Under the pieces are notes generated by a model, which was not told the origin of the DNA, made no database searches, and worked only from the letters and a program-made list of their open reading frames with translations. From an uncultured Clostridia bacterium (lineage in GTDB: Bacteria; Bacillota; Clostridia; TANB77; CAG-508), in contig CALXCA010000002.1 of assembly GCA_944386685.1 (NCBI GenBank), positions 16,649 through 80,648 on the forward strand: a stretch of DNA of 64,000 nucleotides, in the 5' to 3' direction. Within the stretch, counting starts at the first letter, position 1; every line of letters begins with the position of its first letter. Shown here piece after piece: positions 9,132-20,561 of this stretch. A program made the position numbers and the translations under genes.

Positions 9132-10931
9132 TTGAGGAAAGTGGCACGATATAGTGAAGAAATAATAGAGCAAGTAAGACAGAACAATGACATAGTAGAT
9201 ATCATCTCACAATACGTACATTTAACTCGAAAAGGGAGAAACTATTTTGGATTATGTCCTTTTCATAATGAAAAATCTCCATCTTTTTCTGTATCACCAG
9301 AAAGGCAAATTTTCCATTGTTTTGGATGTGGAGTTGGAGGTAATATTTATACATTCTTAATGAAAATTGAAGGAATAGGATTTAAAGATGCAATAGAACA
9401 ACTAGCAGAAAAAGCAAACATACAATTACCAAGAATTGAAAATCCAGAAGAAGATAGAAAAGAAGAACTAAAAGCAAAAATTTACAAAATAAATCAATTT
9501 ACAGCAGAATTTTATCATCAAAATTTATATAAACCAACAGCAAAAAATGCACAAGAATATGTAAAAAAGAGAAAACTAACGCAAAACACATTAGAAACAT
9601 TTAAAATAGGTTTTTCGGGAAAATATGATGAACTGTATAAATCATTAAAAAATCAAGGGTTTGGAGAAAAAGAAATATTAGAATCAGGACTAGTAATTAA
9701 AAATGATAGAGGTCAGTTCATAGACATGTATAGAAATAGGTTTATGATACCTATATGTGATGTAAGAGGAAGAGTAATTGCATTTGGAGGAAGAGTATTA
9801 GATGACTCAAAGCCAAAATACATAAACTCACCAGAAAATGTGGTATATAGTAAGGGAAGACACTTATTTGGATTAAATGTTGCCAAAAAAGACTGTAGTA
9901 AAAAACTATTAATCGTTGAAGGGTATATGGATGCAATTTCCCTATATCAAAGAGGAATTACGAATGTAGTAGCAGCATTAGGAACAGCATTAACAGAGCA
10001 ACAAGGATGGTTATTAAGAAAAAGTACAGAGCAAGTAATTTTAGGATTTGATGCTGATGGAGCAGGACAAACTGCAGTTGCAAGATCTATGGAAATATTA
10101 CAAAAAATGGGTTGTGATATGAGAGTATTACAAATAGAAGGAGCAAAAGACCCAGATGAATTTGTACTAAAATTTGGAGAAGGAAGATTTAAACTTGCAA
10201 TGGATAATGCTATATCATTAGTGGAATTTAAAGTAAAAAATTTAAGCAAAAATATAAATTTAGAAAATGCTTCAGATAAAATAAAATTTTTAAATGAAAT
10301 TGCTAAAATTTTAGCAAAAGTAGATAATACAATGGAAAGAGAAATTTACATAGATAAAATTGCAAGCAGTTACCAAATTTCCAAAGAAGCTATATATGCA
10401 GAAGTAAACAAATTAATATATACATCATCAAAAACAGAAAATTTATTACAAAGTAAAACAGCCAAAAATCCAGTTGTTAAAAAAAATGAAAAAGAAGAAA
10501 AAGATGTTGGTATAGACTTAAAAAGAAGAGAGGATACAATTATTGCTCTACTATTAGATGCAAATGAAAAAATATTTCAAAAAATTAAAGAAAAAATAAC
10601 ACCACAAGATTTTAAAGATGAAACAAATAAAAAAATTGCAATAAAATTATATAAAGAATTAGAAAATCAAGATGTAAATGTAAATAAACTTATAGATGAA
10701 TTTGATGAACAAACACAAAATCATATAACAAAAGTAATGGCAACAGATTATGGAATAGAAAATATAGAAAAAGCAGTTGATGACATATTATCAAAATACG
10801 AAAGAGAAAGATTAGAAAATAAAAAAACACATATTTTAAAAGAACTAGAAACAGAACAAGATACAGAAACAAAAAAGAAATTAAGTAAAGAGCTAAGTAA
10901 TATAATAATTACACTAGCTAAAATTAAGTAG
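9132..10931 (+). CDS. dnaG: DNA primase
   Basis: Zn-ribbon CPFHNEKSPSFSV...HCFGCG. TOPRIM domain (EGYMDAISLYQRG, GFDADGAGQTA). The start is TTG at 9132 or GTG at 9141, after AGGAG. Confidence 0.9.
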   Translation: MRKVARYSEEIIEQVRQNNDIVDIISQYVHLTRKGRNYFGLCPFHNEKSPSFSVSPERQIFHCFGCGVGGNIYTFLMKIEGIGFKDAIEQLAEKANIQLPRIENPEEDRKEELKAKIYKINQFTAEFYHQNLYKPTAKNAQEYVKKRKLTQNTLETFKIGFSGKYDELYKSLKNQGFGEKEILESGLVIKNDRGQFIDMYRNRFMIPICDVRGRVIAFGGRVLDDSKPKYINSPENVVYSKGRHLFGLNVAKKDCSKKLLIVEGYMDAISLYQRGITNVVAALGTALTEQQGWLLRKSTEQVILGFDADGAGQTAVARSMEILQKMGCDMRVLQIEGAKDPDEFVLKFGEGRFKLAMDNAISLVEFKVKNLSKNINLENASDKIKFLNEIAKILAKVDNTMEREIYIDKIASSYQISKEAIYAEVNKLIYTSSKTENLLQSKTAKNPVVKKNEKEEKDVGIDLKRREDTIIALLLDANEKIFQKIKEKITPQDFKDETNKKIAIKLYKELENQDVNVNKLIDEFDEQTQNHITKVMATDYGIENIEKAVDDILSKYERERLENKKTHILKELETEQDTETKKKLSKELSNIIITLAKIK

Positions 10932-10943
10932 GGGTGAATTTTC

Positions 10944-12149
10944 GTGGATAAAGAAATTAAAGAAAAAACAGAAAATAAAGAGGAATTAAAAGAAATTAAA
11001 ATAAAAGAAAACGAAAATACAGAAAATAAAAAAGAAAACTTAAAAGAAAACAATAAAACAGAAAATGAGAAAACTGAAAATGAAAAAGTTCAAGACATAG
11101 TAAAAAAAGTTAAAGAATCTGGAAAAATAACATATGGGGAATTAGCAAAAGAATTAGAAAACACAAATCCAGAACAAATTGACAAAGTTTTTGATGCTTT
11201 TGAAGAAATGGGTGTAAGTCTTTTAAATGACGACTTTGAAGAAGAACCAGACATAGATGATTTAAAAGAAGTTGAAGATTTAAAATTAGACGAAATAACA
11301 GATACAAATTATGAAGGAATAAGTGTAGATGATCCTGTAAGAATGTATTTAAGAGAAATTGGTAAGATTCCACTATTATCTTATGATAAAGAACTAGAAT
11401 TAGCCAAAAGAATTCTAGATGGAGATGAAGAAGCAAAACAAGAACTAGCAGAAGCAAATTTAAGATTAGTAGTAAGTATTGCAAAAAAATATGTTGGAAG
11501 AGGAATGTTATTTTTAGACTTAATACAAGAAGGAAACATGGGATTAATAAAAGCAGTAGAAAAATTTGATTATACTAAAGGATTTAAATTCAGTACTTAT
11601 GCAACATGGTGGATAAGACAAGCTATAACAAGAGCAATAGCAGACCAAGCACGTACAATTAGAATTCCAGTTCATATGGTAGAAACAATTAATAGATTAA
11701 TAAGAACATCAAGACATTTATTACAACAATTTGGAAGAGAACCAACAATAGAAGAAATTGCTCAAGAAATGGACATGTCTGTTGAAAAAGTAATGGAAAT
11801 CCAAAAAATAGCACAAGACCCTGTATCACTAGAAACACCAATAGGAGAAGAAGATGATAGCCACCTAGGTGACTTTATACAAGACGAAGATTCACCAGCA
11901 CCACAAGATGCTGCTTCATATACATTACTAAGAGAACAGCTAAATGAAGTTATGAAAACCTTAACACCTAGAGAAGCAAAAGTATTAAGATTAAGATTTG
12001 GACTAGATGATGGAAAGGCAAGAACACTAGAAGAAGTTGGAAAAGAATTTGATGTAACAAGAGAAAGAATACGTCAAATTGAAGCAAAAGCATTAAGGAA
12101 ACTTCGCCATCCAAGTAGAAGCAAGAAATTAAGAGATTATATGAATTAA
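10944..12149 (+). CDS. rpoD: Primary RNA polymerase sigma factor SigA/RpoD
   Basis: Regions 2-4 are conserved ([27 protein letters not shown]; region 4 [27 protein letters not shown]). It lies immediately downstream of dnaG (macromolecular synthesis operon order). GTG start. Confidence 0.9.
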   Translation: MDKEIKEKTENKEELKEIKIKENENTENKKENLKENNKTENEKTENEKVQDIVKKVKESGKITYGELAKELENTNPEQIDKVFDAFEEMGVSLLNDDFEEEPDIDDLKEVEDLKLDEITDTNYEGISVDDPVRMYLREIGKIPLLSYDKELELAKRILDGDEEAKQELAEANLRLVVSIAKKYVGRGMLFLDLIQEGNMGLIKAVEKFDYTKGFKFSTYATWWIRQAITRAIADQARTIRIPVHMVETINRLIRTSRHLLQQFGREPTIEEIAQEMDMSVEKVMEIQKIAQDPVSLETPIGEEDDSHLGDFIQDEDSPAPQDAASYTLLREQLNEVMKTLTPREAKVLRLRFGLDDGKARTLEEVGKEFDVTRERIRQIEAKALRKLRHPSRSKKLRDYMN

Positions 12150-12288
12150 TATAAAATTGACAAAAATAAAAAAATATGCTAATATACAAATATATTTTTT
12201 TGAAAATCCCTGTTCTAATTTAAGAGCAGTTTAAATAGATGCAGTAAATAAACTTAATTAGAAAGTCAATTGACAAGGAGGAAAAAAT

Positions 12289-12528
12289 ATGTTTTGCAAG
12301 TATTGTGGCAAGAAAATCGATGATGATAGTATTTTCTGTATGTTTTGTGGTAAAAGAGTAAATGGGCATAATGAGCGTAAAGTAAAAGAAAATTATCTTG
12401 AAGAAACTCATGATCACGAAAATGGAACTTATACAGCTCCGGATGGAAAAACATATACAGTAAGAAACCGTATATTATATGATAAAGACGGATGGGATGT
12501 AGGAAGAGTTCCTGATTGGTGGGGATAA
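12289..12528 (+). CDS. Small zinc-ribbon protein (79 aa)
   Basis: CxxC...CxxC at the N-terminus (FCKYCGKK...FCMFCGKR). GGAGG ribosome-binding site. Its own sigma-A-like promoter (TTGACA-17-TAATAT at about 12157-12185) and a terminator follow. Confidence 0.55.
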   Translation: MFCKYCGKKIDDDSIFCMFCGKRVNGHNERKVKENYLEETHDHENGTYTAPDGKTYTVRNRILYDKDGWDVGRVPDWWG

Positions 12529-12542
12529 TACAATCTCGAAAC

Positions 12543-12572
12543 AAAAGAGGTCGCAATTTGCGACCTCTTTTA
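12543..12572. terminator. Bidirectional rho-independent terminator
   Basis: aaaagaggtcgc-aaat-gcgacctctttt, between the convergent genes. Confidence 0.6.
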
Positions 12573-12624
12573 ATGTACACACAATTATAGCTCTAATTTT
12601 GGCTCATATCTTTCAAGCCACATA

Positions 12625-14482
12625 TTAACTTGGCAAAGGTAAGCCATAAGTTGTGGACCGAGTCATAAGTTGACCAAACCAAGGTCTAGTAAAAGCTTTA
12701 CCATCTGTTTCGAGAATATTCATAATATATTCTTTATTTAACAAAGAATTGATAGGAGCATTTTGTTTAGACATAATATTAGAAAGCATAGATTTTACTT
12801 TTGCTAGATATGTTGGATTATGAGTTTTTGGATAAGGGCTCTTTTTTCTATCAACAATTTCAGAAGGTAAGAATTTTCGAGAAACATATCGTAAAAGCCC
12901 TTTTTCTCTACCATTAAGAGCTTTCATTTCCCAAGGAATATTCCAAACATATTGAGCTAAGCGATAATCACAAAAAGGAACACGAAGTTCAAAACCATTA
13001 TACATAGCCATTCTATCAGATCTATCTAAAAGGGTTTGCATAAACCAATTCAAAGTTAAATAAGAAATTTTTCTTTTTTCAGCAGTTTCTTTAGAATCAA
13101 TATCAAGTATTTCCACATTATTCAAGCTTTCATTATATCTAAAATCAATATAATTTTTTAAATCTACTTTTCTTGCGATATCTTTATTAAGCAATGTCTG
13201 ACGTTCATTTATTGCAATAGACCAAGGAAATGTTCCACTTGTTAAAGCATCTTCGCGGAAAAACCAAGGATATCCACCAAAAATTTCATCTGCACATTCA
13301 CCTGTAAGAGCAACTGTTGCTGTTGGTTTTACATATTTACAAAATAGTAATAAAGAAGAATCAACATCTGCCATTCCAGGCATATCACGAGCAATCATTG
13401 CATCATATAAAGCTTCAGCTAATTCAGGAGTGTCTATTACAACAGGATGATGATTAGTTTGAAGTTTATTTACCATTAAATTTATATAAAAATTATCAGA
13501 ATTAGGCTGAAAATCACTTTTAACAAAATTTTTATCATTATCAACATAATCAATTGAATAAGTATCAAGTTGTGGCAAATGATTTTCATAACAATAATCT
13601 GAAGCATATTTTGTAATTATACTTGAATCTAAGCCACCAGATAAAAATGTACATAAAGGCACATCTGAAACCAATTGTCTTTTAATGGAATCTTCTAATA
13701 AAAATTCTACATGATTACATGTTTGAGCAAAATTTTCTGTATGTGGTTCACTTTTTAAACTCCAATATTTTTTTACATAAAAGCCACTTTTATTGAAAAT
13801 AGCAAATTGAGCAGGTTGTAATTCGAAAATATTTTTAAATATAGTTGTACCGTGGAGTGTGAGCAGGACCAATTCCAAATAATTCGGATATTCCTTGAGA
13901 ATCTAATATTTTTTCTACACCAGGATATTCAAATAATGCTTTTATTTCTGAAGCGAAGATAAAGGAATTATCTATAATTGTATAAAAAAATGGTTTAACT
14001 CCAAAATGGTCTCTTGCAACAAAAAGTTCTTCTTTTGAAGAATTCCAAATAGCAAATGAGAAAATGCCATTTAAATGTTTTACAACATCATTTCCATAAA
14101 AAATATAACTTTTTAGCAATACTTCTGTATCTGAGTGAGTATCAAAAGTAAAATCATTTTCTTCTAAAGTTTTTCGTAATTCATTAGTATTATAAATTTG
14201 CCCATTATAGGAAATTATAAAATTTGAATTATAATTAATTAACATATTTGTCTTAGGTTTATCAATTGAAACAGACTGATTAGAAGAAGCACTCATAGGT
14301 TGTTTTCCGCCTTCAGGGTCAATTACAATTAATCTCTTATGAGCTAATGCTACATGATTATTAATATAATAACCTTCTTCATCAGGTCCTCTTTTAGAAA
14401 GAGTATTATTCATATTAATTAAGATATTTTTTGAATTAGTAATATCTTTTTCAAAATTTACAAAACCAACTATTCCACACAT
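12625..14482 (-). pseudogene. asnB: Asparagine synthetase (glutamine-hydrolysing) AsnB interrupted by a frameshift
   Basis: The N-terminal ORF (14482..13835) is the class-II GATase domain (MCGIVGF...). The C-terminal ORF (13878..12625) is the synthetase domain (SGGLDSS). The two frames overlap at 13835-13878, and removing one nucleotide near ccacggtac joins them into a ~615-aa protein. A real frameshift or a sequencing error cannot be distinguished. Confidence 0.75.
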
Positions 14483-14652
14483 AAAAATCCTCCATATAAA
14501 TAATATATGAAGGATTATTAATTAAATTTACTTTAAATTAAAAAATTAAACATTTTTTTAAGATAAAAACTTTATATTTGAATTTAAAGAAAATTTAGAC
14601 ATTATTCTTATTTATGCTTTGAATTTGCGTAACTTAAAGTTTTATATTTTTC

Positions 14653-15291
14653 TTATTTAGAACTTTTTAAATAATATTTACAAAATTGTTTAACTGTGCA
14701 AGTATCACATAAAGGTTTTCTAGAATCACAGGTTTTTCTACCATGCCAAACAAAAAGATGATTTATATCTTTTAAATATTCTTTAGGAAAAATTTTTAAT
14801 AAATCTTGTTCAATTTTTTCTGGATCTGTTTCTAAAGAAAGTCCCATTCTGTTAGAAACTCTTTTTGCATGTGTATCAACAGCAATTCCTTTTGCAATTC
14901 CAAAAGCTTCTAATAAAATTACATTAGCACTTTTTCTACCAATACCAGGTAGAGTAAGAAGTTCATCCATAGTATGAGGTACTTCTCCATTAAACTTAGT
15001 TAAAACCATTTTTGCACATTCTTTTATATTTTTTGCTTTATTTTTATAAAATCCACAAGGGTGAATAATTTCTTCTAATTCTTTAATATCAATATTTGCA
15101 AAATCTTCAATTGTTTTGCATTTTTCAAATAATGCTGGTGTTGTTTTATTTACTCTTTCATCTGTACATTGGGCAGAAAGCATAACAGCAACAGTTATTT
15201 GAAAAGGATTTTTAAAATCAAGACTACATGTTGCATCTGGGTATGTTTGTTTTAATATATTTATAAAATTTACAATATCTGTTTTTTTCAT
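14653..15291 (-). CDS. nth: Endonuclease III
   Basis: HhH-GPD motif (LPGIGRKSANVILLEAFG) and the C-terminal [4Fe-4S] cluster loop C-x6-C-x2-C-x5-C. Confidence 0.85.
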   Translation of the reverse strand: MKKTDIVNFINILKQTYPDATCSLDFKNPFQITVAVMLSAQCTDERVNKTTPALFEKCKTIEDFANIDIKELEEIIHPCGFYKNKAKNIKECAKMVLTKFNGEVPHTMDELLTLPGIGRKSANVILLEAFGIAKGIAVDTHAKRVSNRMGLSLETDPEKIEQDLLKIFPKEYLKDINHLFVWHGRKTCDSRKPLCDTCTVKQFCKYYLKSSK

Positions 15292-15349
15292 ATAAAATTA
15301 AATTCCTTTCTTTTTGTGAGAAACAACAGGTAACTTTAAATTTTAAAAA

Positions 15350-15898
15350 TTAATTTTCAGGTGAAATATTTTCACTTGAAATTAATTTTAAAATTTCTGG
15401 ATAAAGTTTATTTGCATTTTTGTTCCAATTATCAGAAATTTGTTTAGCTTTCTCTCTAGAAGCTGCATGAACAGAAAGTTCAAAAATTGTTTCGTTTTGT
15501 TCTACAATTTTACACTTTACAGTATAATTATTTTCATCTTGAGGAATAAATTCTGTAACAACAGAAGATTCTTCTATAATATTAGAATTTTCTTTTTTAA
15601 AAATTGTATCAGCTTTTAATTTTAATAAACCTGGTAAAAGAGATTTGGTTAAATCAAGTGCATTTTTTCCATCTGTTGTAATTTTTATAAAGTTTTCTTC
15701 ATCTTGAGTGAAAGAACAAACTAGATTTGTAGCTTTTAAATCAGCCATAAGTTCTTGAAAATAAAAATAATTAATATCTTTTGAACTAGAAACTATTTTA
15801 TATAAATTATCATTTTTAATTCCATCATCAATCTTATTTAATAAATATAAGATTAAAACTTTATCTTCTGCTAACTCTTTATTATTTTGTATATCCAT
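15350..15898 (-). CDS. Hypothetical protein (about 182 aa)
   Basis: ORF with a GAGGAGG ribosome-binding site before the ATG at 15898. No recognised motifs. Confidence 0.5.
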   Translation of the reverse strand: MDIQNNKELAEDKVLILYLLNKIDDGIKNDNLYKIVSSSKDINYFYFQELMADLKATNLVCSFTQDEENFIKITTDGKNALDLTKSLLPGLLKLKADTIFKKENSNIIEESSVVTEFIPQDENNYTVKCKIVEQNETIFELSVHAASREKAKQISDNWNKNANKLYPEILKLISSENISPEN

Positions 15899-16180
15899 AA
15901 ACAGCCTCCTCAAAGTTAGATTTTCACGTGTATTATAGCATAAAAAATTATCAAAGTAAATATTTTTATGTTTAATTAACTAAAATTGTCGAATAATCAT
16001 ATATTAATATAAAGAAGCAATATTGTTTTCTTATTATAATGTAAACAAAACTTCTAGTAGGGGGCATAAAAAATTATAACTAAATTAAATTTGGTACAAA
16101 AGAGAGAATGATACATTTTTAACTTAAAAGAAGTATTTAAAAAATTTTTATGAACCTTAGAGGAAGGAATGGAATAAAAA

Positions 16181-16996
16181 ATGAATGAAATAAAAAAAGG
16201 GGATAATGTAACAAGAAATTCGTATAATAATGATGTTATTTTTTGTGTGAAAAAAATAATAAAACTACCTAATAATAAAAAATTAGCAATATTAAAAGGA
16301 ATTGATATTAGAATTGAAGCTGATGCATATCTAGATGATTTAAAATTAATCAATAGTGAAGAAATTAAAAAATACGAAAAAAAATTAGAAGAAAGAATTT
16401 TAAACACAACTTTAAATAAAAACATTGAAAAAAGAAGAAAAGAAATTATAAATACAGGTAAAATATTGCATTTAGATGGAGATAAAAAATATGCTGAAAA
16501 ATCAACTATGTTTTATAAAAAAATGGGATTAAAAGCATTTGTAAAAAATATACCAGAAAACAGGCAACCTAAAGCAGTTTTTAGATTACTAAACATATAT
16601 AATCCAGATATTCTTGTCATAACAGGTCATGACGGAATGATAAAAAATAATTCTAATTATCTAGATATATTAAATTATAGAAATTCAAAATATTTTGTAG
16701 AAACAATAATAAATGCTAGGGAGTATGAAAAAATAAGTTCAAAAGATTTAGTAATTTTTGCAGGTGCATGCCAAAGTTATTTCGAAGCATTAATGGAAGC
16801 AGGAGCTAATTTTGCATCATCACCTGCTAGAATTTTAATAGATTTTATAGATCCATTAATTGTTGCTAAAAATGTAGCCATTACTGAGAAAAATAAATAT
16901 ATAACAATAGATGATTTCGAAAGTGAATTAAGGGATGGAAAAAAAGGAATAAATGGTTTAGGTGCAAGAGGAAAAATGAATGTAGTATTTATGTAA
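16181..16996 (+). CDS. yabG: Sporulation-specific protease YabG (peptidase U57)
   Basis: Aligns along its whole length with B. subtilis YabG (GDNVTRNSYNNDVIF ~ GDMVARKSYQMDVLF; KILHLDGD; NIYNPDILVITGHD; LVIFAGACQSYFEALMEAGANFASSPARI). Confidence 0.8.
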   Translation: MNEIKKGDNVTRNSYNNDVIFCVKKIIKLPNNKKLAILKGIDIRIEADAYLDDLKLINSEEIKKYEKKLEERILNTTLNKNIEKRRKEIINTGKILHLDGDKKYAEKSTMFYKKMGLKAFVKNIPENRQPKAVFRLLNIYNPDILVITGHDGMIKNNSNYLDILNYRNSKYFVETIINAREYEKISSKDLVIFAGACQSYFEALMEAGANFASSPARILIDFIDPLIVAKNVAITEKNKYITIDDFESELRDGKKGINGLGARGKMNVVFM

Positions 16997-17184
16997 TGAT
17001 AGGAAAGGTAAACATTCCTATCATCGTTTGTAATAAAAAAGTAATATAATTGTAATACAACTGTAACAAAACATGAAACGCACACCGTTCTAGGGATAGC
17101 AAGAAAAAACAAAAAAATACATGCTTTGACAAAAAGCCTATGGAATGTTATACTTAAATCATCTTAAGCAAAGTAGGTGATCTA

Positions 17185-17490
17185 ATGATTTGTAGGACTG
17201 ATATAGCAAGTTTAAAAACAGACATTACAGATAAACTTGGTCAAAAGATAATAGTAAAAGGCTCATTAGGTAGGAGTAAAGAATTTGAAAAAGAAGGAAC
17301 AATAGAAAAAGTATATAGCAACTTATTTGTTGTTAAATATGAAGAAAATAATAGAACAGCATCATATACTTATACAGATTTATTAACAAGGACAATAGAA
17401 ATGGATGTATTTGATGGAGAAGCATATAACCCAATAATACCACCAGAAGTATTTGAAACAAAAAAAAGAAAATATAGAGTGCAACATTAA
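17185..17490 (+). CDS. veg: Veg (DUF1021) small protein
   Basis: GRSKEFEKEGTIEKVYSNLFVVKYEENNRTASYTYTDLLTRTIEM matches the Veg core. It lies downstream of yabG as in Bacillus. Confidence 0.75.
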   Translation: MICRTDIASLKTDITDKLGQKIIVKGSLGRSKEFEKEGTIEKVYSNLFVVKYEENNRTASYTYTDLLTRTIEMDVFDGEAYNPIIPPEVFETKKRKYRVQH

Positions 17491-17641
17491 GTTGCCTCTT
17501 TTTTTTAAGATCATTATCGAGTAATCTTTAGTTTCTGTTTTTTTCTATATAATCTTGAAAAAAATAATATAATCATGTATAATAAGGAAGTGTAAAAACA
17601 AAAGAAAATAAAAACATTATAAATAAGGAAAGTGATAATAA

Positions 17642-18292
17642 ATGAAAAATCCAATAGTAAAAGAAATATTAGAATGGATACTATGTTTTATAATAGCAGT
17701 AGTATTAGCACTAGTTGTTAGATATTATATAGGAACTCCAACAGAAGTAAGGCAAACATCAATGTTTCCAACCTTACATGAAGGAGAAAGACTATGGCTT
17801 AATAGATGGCAAAGAACTACAAAAAAAATGCCTGAAAGAGGAGACATAATTACATTTGAAGCTCCAAGCAAACAAGACTATAGTAATGAAGAAGTAGATT
17901 TACAAAACCCTATAGCAAAATATGATAATGAGCCACAAGGATTATTTAATAAATTTACATATAATGTATTAGAATTAAATAAAACAAGTTATATAAAAAG
18001 AGTAATAGCTTTACCAGGAGAATATGTAGAAATAAAAAATGGAGCAGTATATATTAATAATGAAAAACTAGAAGAAGATTATTTACAACCAGGAGTTATT
18101 ACAGATATGAAACAAGGGCATAATTTAGGACAATTTACTGGATTTGTAGTACCAGAAAATTGTGTATTCTGTTTAGGTGATAACAGAACAGGAAGTAATG
18201 ATTGTAGGTCATTTGGATGTATTCCTTTAGAAAAGATTGAAGGAAAAGTAGAATTCAGATTTTGGCCATTTTCAAAATTCGGAGGAATTTAA
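17642..18292 (+). CDS. lepB: Signal peptidase I
   Basis: N-terminal TM segment. S26 motifs SMFPTL, YIKRVIALPGE and GDNRTGSNDCRSFG. Confidence 0.85.
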   Translation: MKNPIVKEILEWILCFIIAVVLALVVRYYIGTPTEVRQTSMFPTLHEGERLWLNRWQRTTKKMPERGDIITFEAPSKQDYSNEEVDLQNPIAKYDNEPQGLFNKFTYNVLELNKTSYIKRVIALPGEYVEIKNGAVYINNEKLEEDYLQPGVITDMKQGHNLGQFTGFVVPENCVFCLGDNRTGSNDCRSFGCIPLEKIEGKVEFRFWPFSKFGGI

Positions 18293-18293
18293 T

Positions 18294-19187
18294 TTGTTTG
18301 AAAAAATAATAGGAAATGAGAAGAATAAATCTATTTTAGAAAAATCAATAGAAATAAAAAAAACTTCACACAGTTATTTGTTTTGGGGAATAGAAGGAAT
18401 AGGAAAAAAACTAATAGCATCAGAATTTGCAAAAAAGATGTTATGTTTAGAGCCAGAAAATAAAGAATGTAGATGCAAATCATGTATAGAATTTGAATCA
18501 GGAAGTAACCCAGACTTTATAATGATTGAACCTGAAGATGGAAAAATAAAAATAGATCAAATAAGAAATTTACAAAGAAAAGTTGCAGAAAAACCAATAA
18601 ATTCAAATAAAAAAGTATATATAATAAATGATAGTGATAAAATGACAACTGAGGCTCAAAACTGTTTGTTAAAAACATTAGAAGAGCCACCAGAATATTT
18701 AACAATAATTCTTATTTGTTCTAATGAATATAGTATGTTAAGTACAATAAACTCAAGATGTACAAGGATGCATTTTGATAATTTAGAAACAAATCAAATA
18801 AAAAAATTTTTAGAAGAAAAATATCCTGAAACAAAATTCAGTGAAAAAATAATAAAATTATCACAGGGAAGTATAGGAAAAACATTACAATTAAATCAAA
18901 AAACTCAATTATATGAAAATATAGAAAATTTATTTGATAGTTTTAAAACAAAAGACCTAATTGATATCACTTCGATTGCAGAAGAAATATACAATGAAAA
19001 AGAAGAGATAAATTCAGTACTAGAATATATGAACATTCTAGCTTTAGAATTTAGCAAAAAAGACATAAGATATATAAATTCAATAGATATTATTGAAGAT
19101 ACCAAAAAAAGATTACAAGCAAATAGTAATTATGATATGTGTGTAGATAACTTATTATTTAATATATGGTATTTATTTCAAAAATAG
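18294..19187 (+). CDS. holB: DNA polymerase III delta-prime subunit
   Basis: AAA+ clamp-loader fold (HSYLFWGIEGIGKK; CRCKSC Zn module; SRCTRMHF sensor). TTG start abutting the lepB stop. Confidence 0.8.
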   Translation: MFEKIIGNEKNKSILEKSIEIKKTSHSYLFWGIEGIGKKLIASEFAKKMLCLEPENKECRCKSCIEFESGSNPDFIMIEPEDGKIKIDQIRNLQRKVAEKPINSNKKVYIINDSDKMTTEAQNCLLKTLEEPPEYLTIILICSNEYSMLSTINSRCTRMHFDNLETNQIKKFLEEKYPETKFSEKIIKLSQGSIGKTLQLNQKTQLYENIENLFDSFKTKDLIDITSIAEEIYNEKEEINSVLEYMNILALEFSKKDIRYINSIDIIEDTKKRLQANSNYDMCVDNLLFNIWYLFQK

Positions 19188-19201
19188 AAAGGACGTAATA
19201 A

Positions 19202-20113
19202 ATGAAAAGATTAGTAGGAGTCAGATTTAAAAAGCTAGGAAAAATATATTTTTTTGATTCCAAATGGTTAGAAGTAAAAAAAGGAGAACATGTAATAGTA
19301 GAAACAGACCAAGGGGAAGAAATTGCAGAAGTTGTAATACCAAATAGAATCATAGATGATGAAAAACTTACAATACCATTAAATAAAATTTTAAGATTTG
19401 CATCAGAAAAAGATTTAAAACATGCTGAAGAATGTAGAAAAAAAGAGCAAGAAGCGTATGAGTATTGTAATAAAAAAATTAAAGAGTACAATTTAGATAT
19501 GACATTAACAGATGTAGAATTAAAATTTGATAATAGCAAATTATTATTTTCTTTTACATCAGAAGGAAGAGTAGATTTTAGAGAATTAGTAAAAGATTTA
19601 GCAGCAGTTTATAGGACTAGAATAGAACTAAGACAGATAGGTGTTAGAGATGAAGTAAAAAAAATAGGCGGAAATGGTATTTGTGGAAGAGAATTATGTT
19701 GTTGCTCATTTTTAAGAGATTTTGAAACAGTATCTATAAAAATGGCAAAAGAGCAAAATCTTTCATTAAATCCAACAAAAATTTCTGGAAATTGTGGAAG
19801 ATTAATGTGTTGTTTAAAATATGAACAAGAAGTATATGAAGAAAAGGCAAAACATTTGCCTCATGTTGGAGCAATAGTAAATACGCCAGATGGAAAAGGT
19901 GAAGTAGATAATGTTGAAACATTACGAGAAGTAGTTAGAGTAAAAATAAAAGATGGAGATATTATAAGACAAAAAAGATATAATATAGATGAAATAAAAA
20001 TTATAAAAGATGTAAATTCTGAAGAAGAAACAAATGAAGAAGAAACAGAATATAAACAAGAATTAAATGAATTAGAAACACTAGAAGAACAAGACAAAAA
20101 AATAAATTCATAA
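19202..20113 (+). CDS. ricT: PSP1-domain protein RicT/YaaT
   Basis: PSP1 C-terminal domain with Cys clusters (GICGRELCCCSF...GNCGRLMCCLKYE). Conserved holB-yaaT synteny. Confidence 0.8.
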   Translation: MKRLVGVRFKKLGKIYFFDSKWLEVKKGEHVIVETDQGEEIAEVVIPNRIIDDEKLTIPLNKILRFASEKDLKHAEECRKKEQEAYEYCNKKIKEYNLDMTLTDVELKFDNSKLLFSFTSEGRVDFRELVKDLAAVYRTRIELRQIGVRDEVKKIGGNGICGRELCCCSFLRDFETVSIKMAKEQNLSLNPTKISGNCGRLMCCLKYEQEVYEEKAKHLPHVGAIVNTPDGKGEVDNVETLREVVRVKIKDGDIIRQKRYNIDEIKIIKDVNSEEETNEEETEYKQELNELETLEEQDKKINS

Positions 20114-20210
20114 GAATCAGTTTAAAAGAAAATGTTTAAATTTAATATAATAGGTTTATAGGTAAATCCTTTTATTAAAAACCTAAATAAATTTCGGGGT
20201 GGTGAATAAA

Positions 20211-20390
20211 ATGGCTTACAGAATACAATGTGATAAATGTATAAGTTGTGGAGCTTGTGCAGCAAGTTGTCCAGTTGGATGTATATCACAAGGTGATAAT
20301 TGTTTTGTAATTGATGAATCTGCTTGTATAGGATGTGGAACATGTGCTGGTGTATGCCCAGTTGAAGCACCTGTTGAAGCGAACGATTAG
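20211..20390 (+). CDS. 2x[4Fe-4S] ferredoxin (59 aa)
   Basis: Two CxxCxxCxxxCP motifs (CISCGACAASCP, CIGCGTCAGVCP). The ATG at 20211 has a GGTGG ribosome-binding site. Confidence 0.75.
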   Translation: MAYRIQCDKCISCGACAASCPVGCISQGDNCFVIDESACIGCGTCAGVCPVEAPVEAND

Positions 20391-20561
20391 TTCATATAAG
20401 AAACAAAATACATACATATGTAAAATGAAAAGGCTAGTAATATAGCCTTTTAAATAATATATCAAATAAAAAATCAAGATAAAACTATAAAAAAATTAAT
20501 ATAAAAATATTTATTTAAAAACATTATAACGAGAAATATCTTTAAGCGAAATGAGAAAGGA

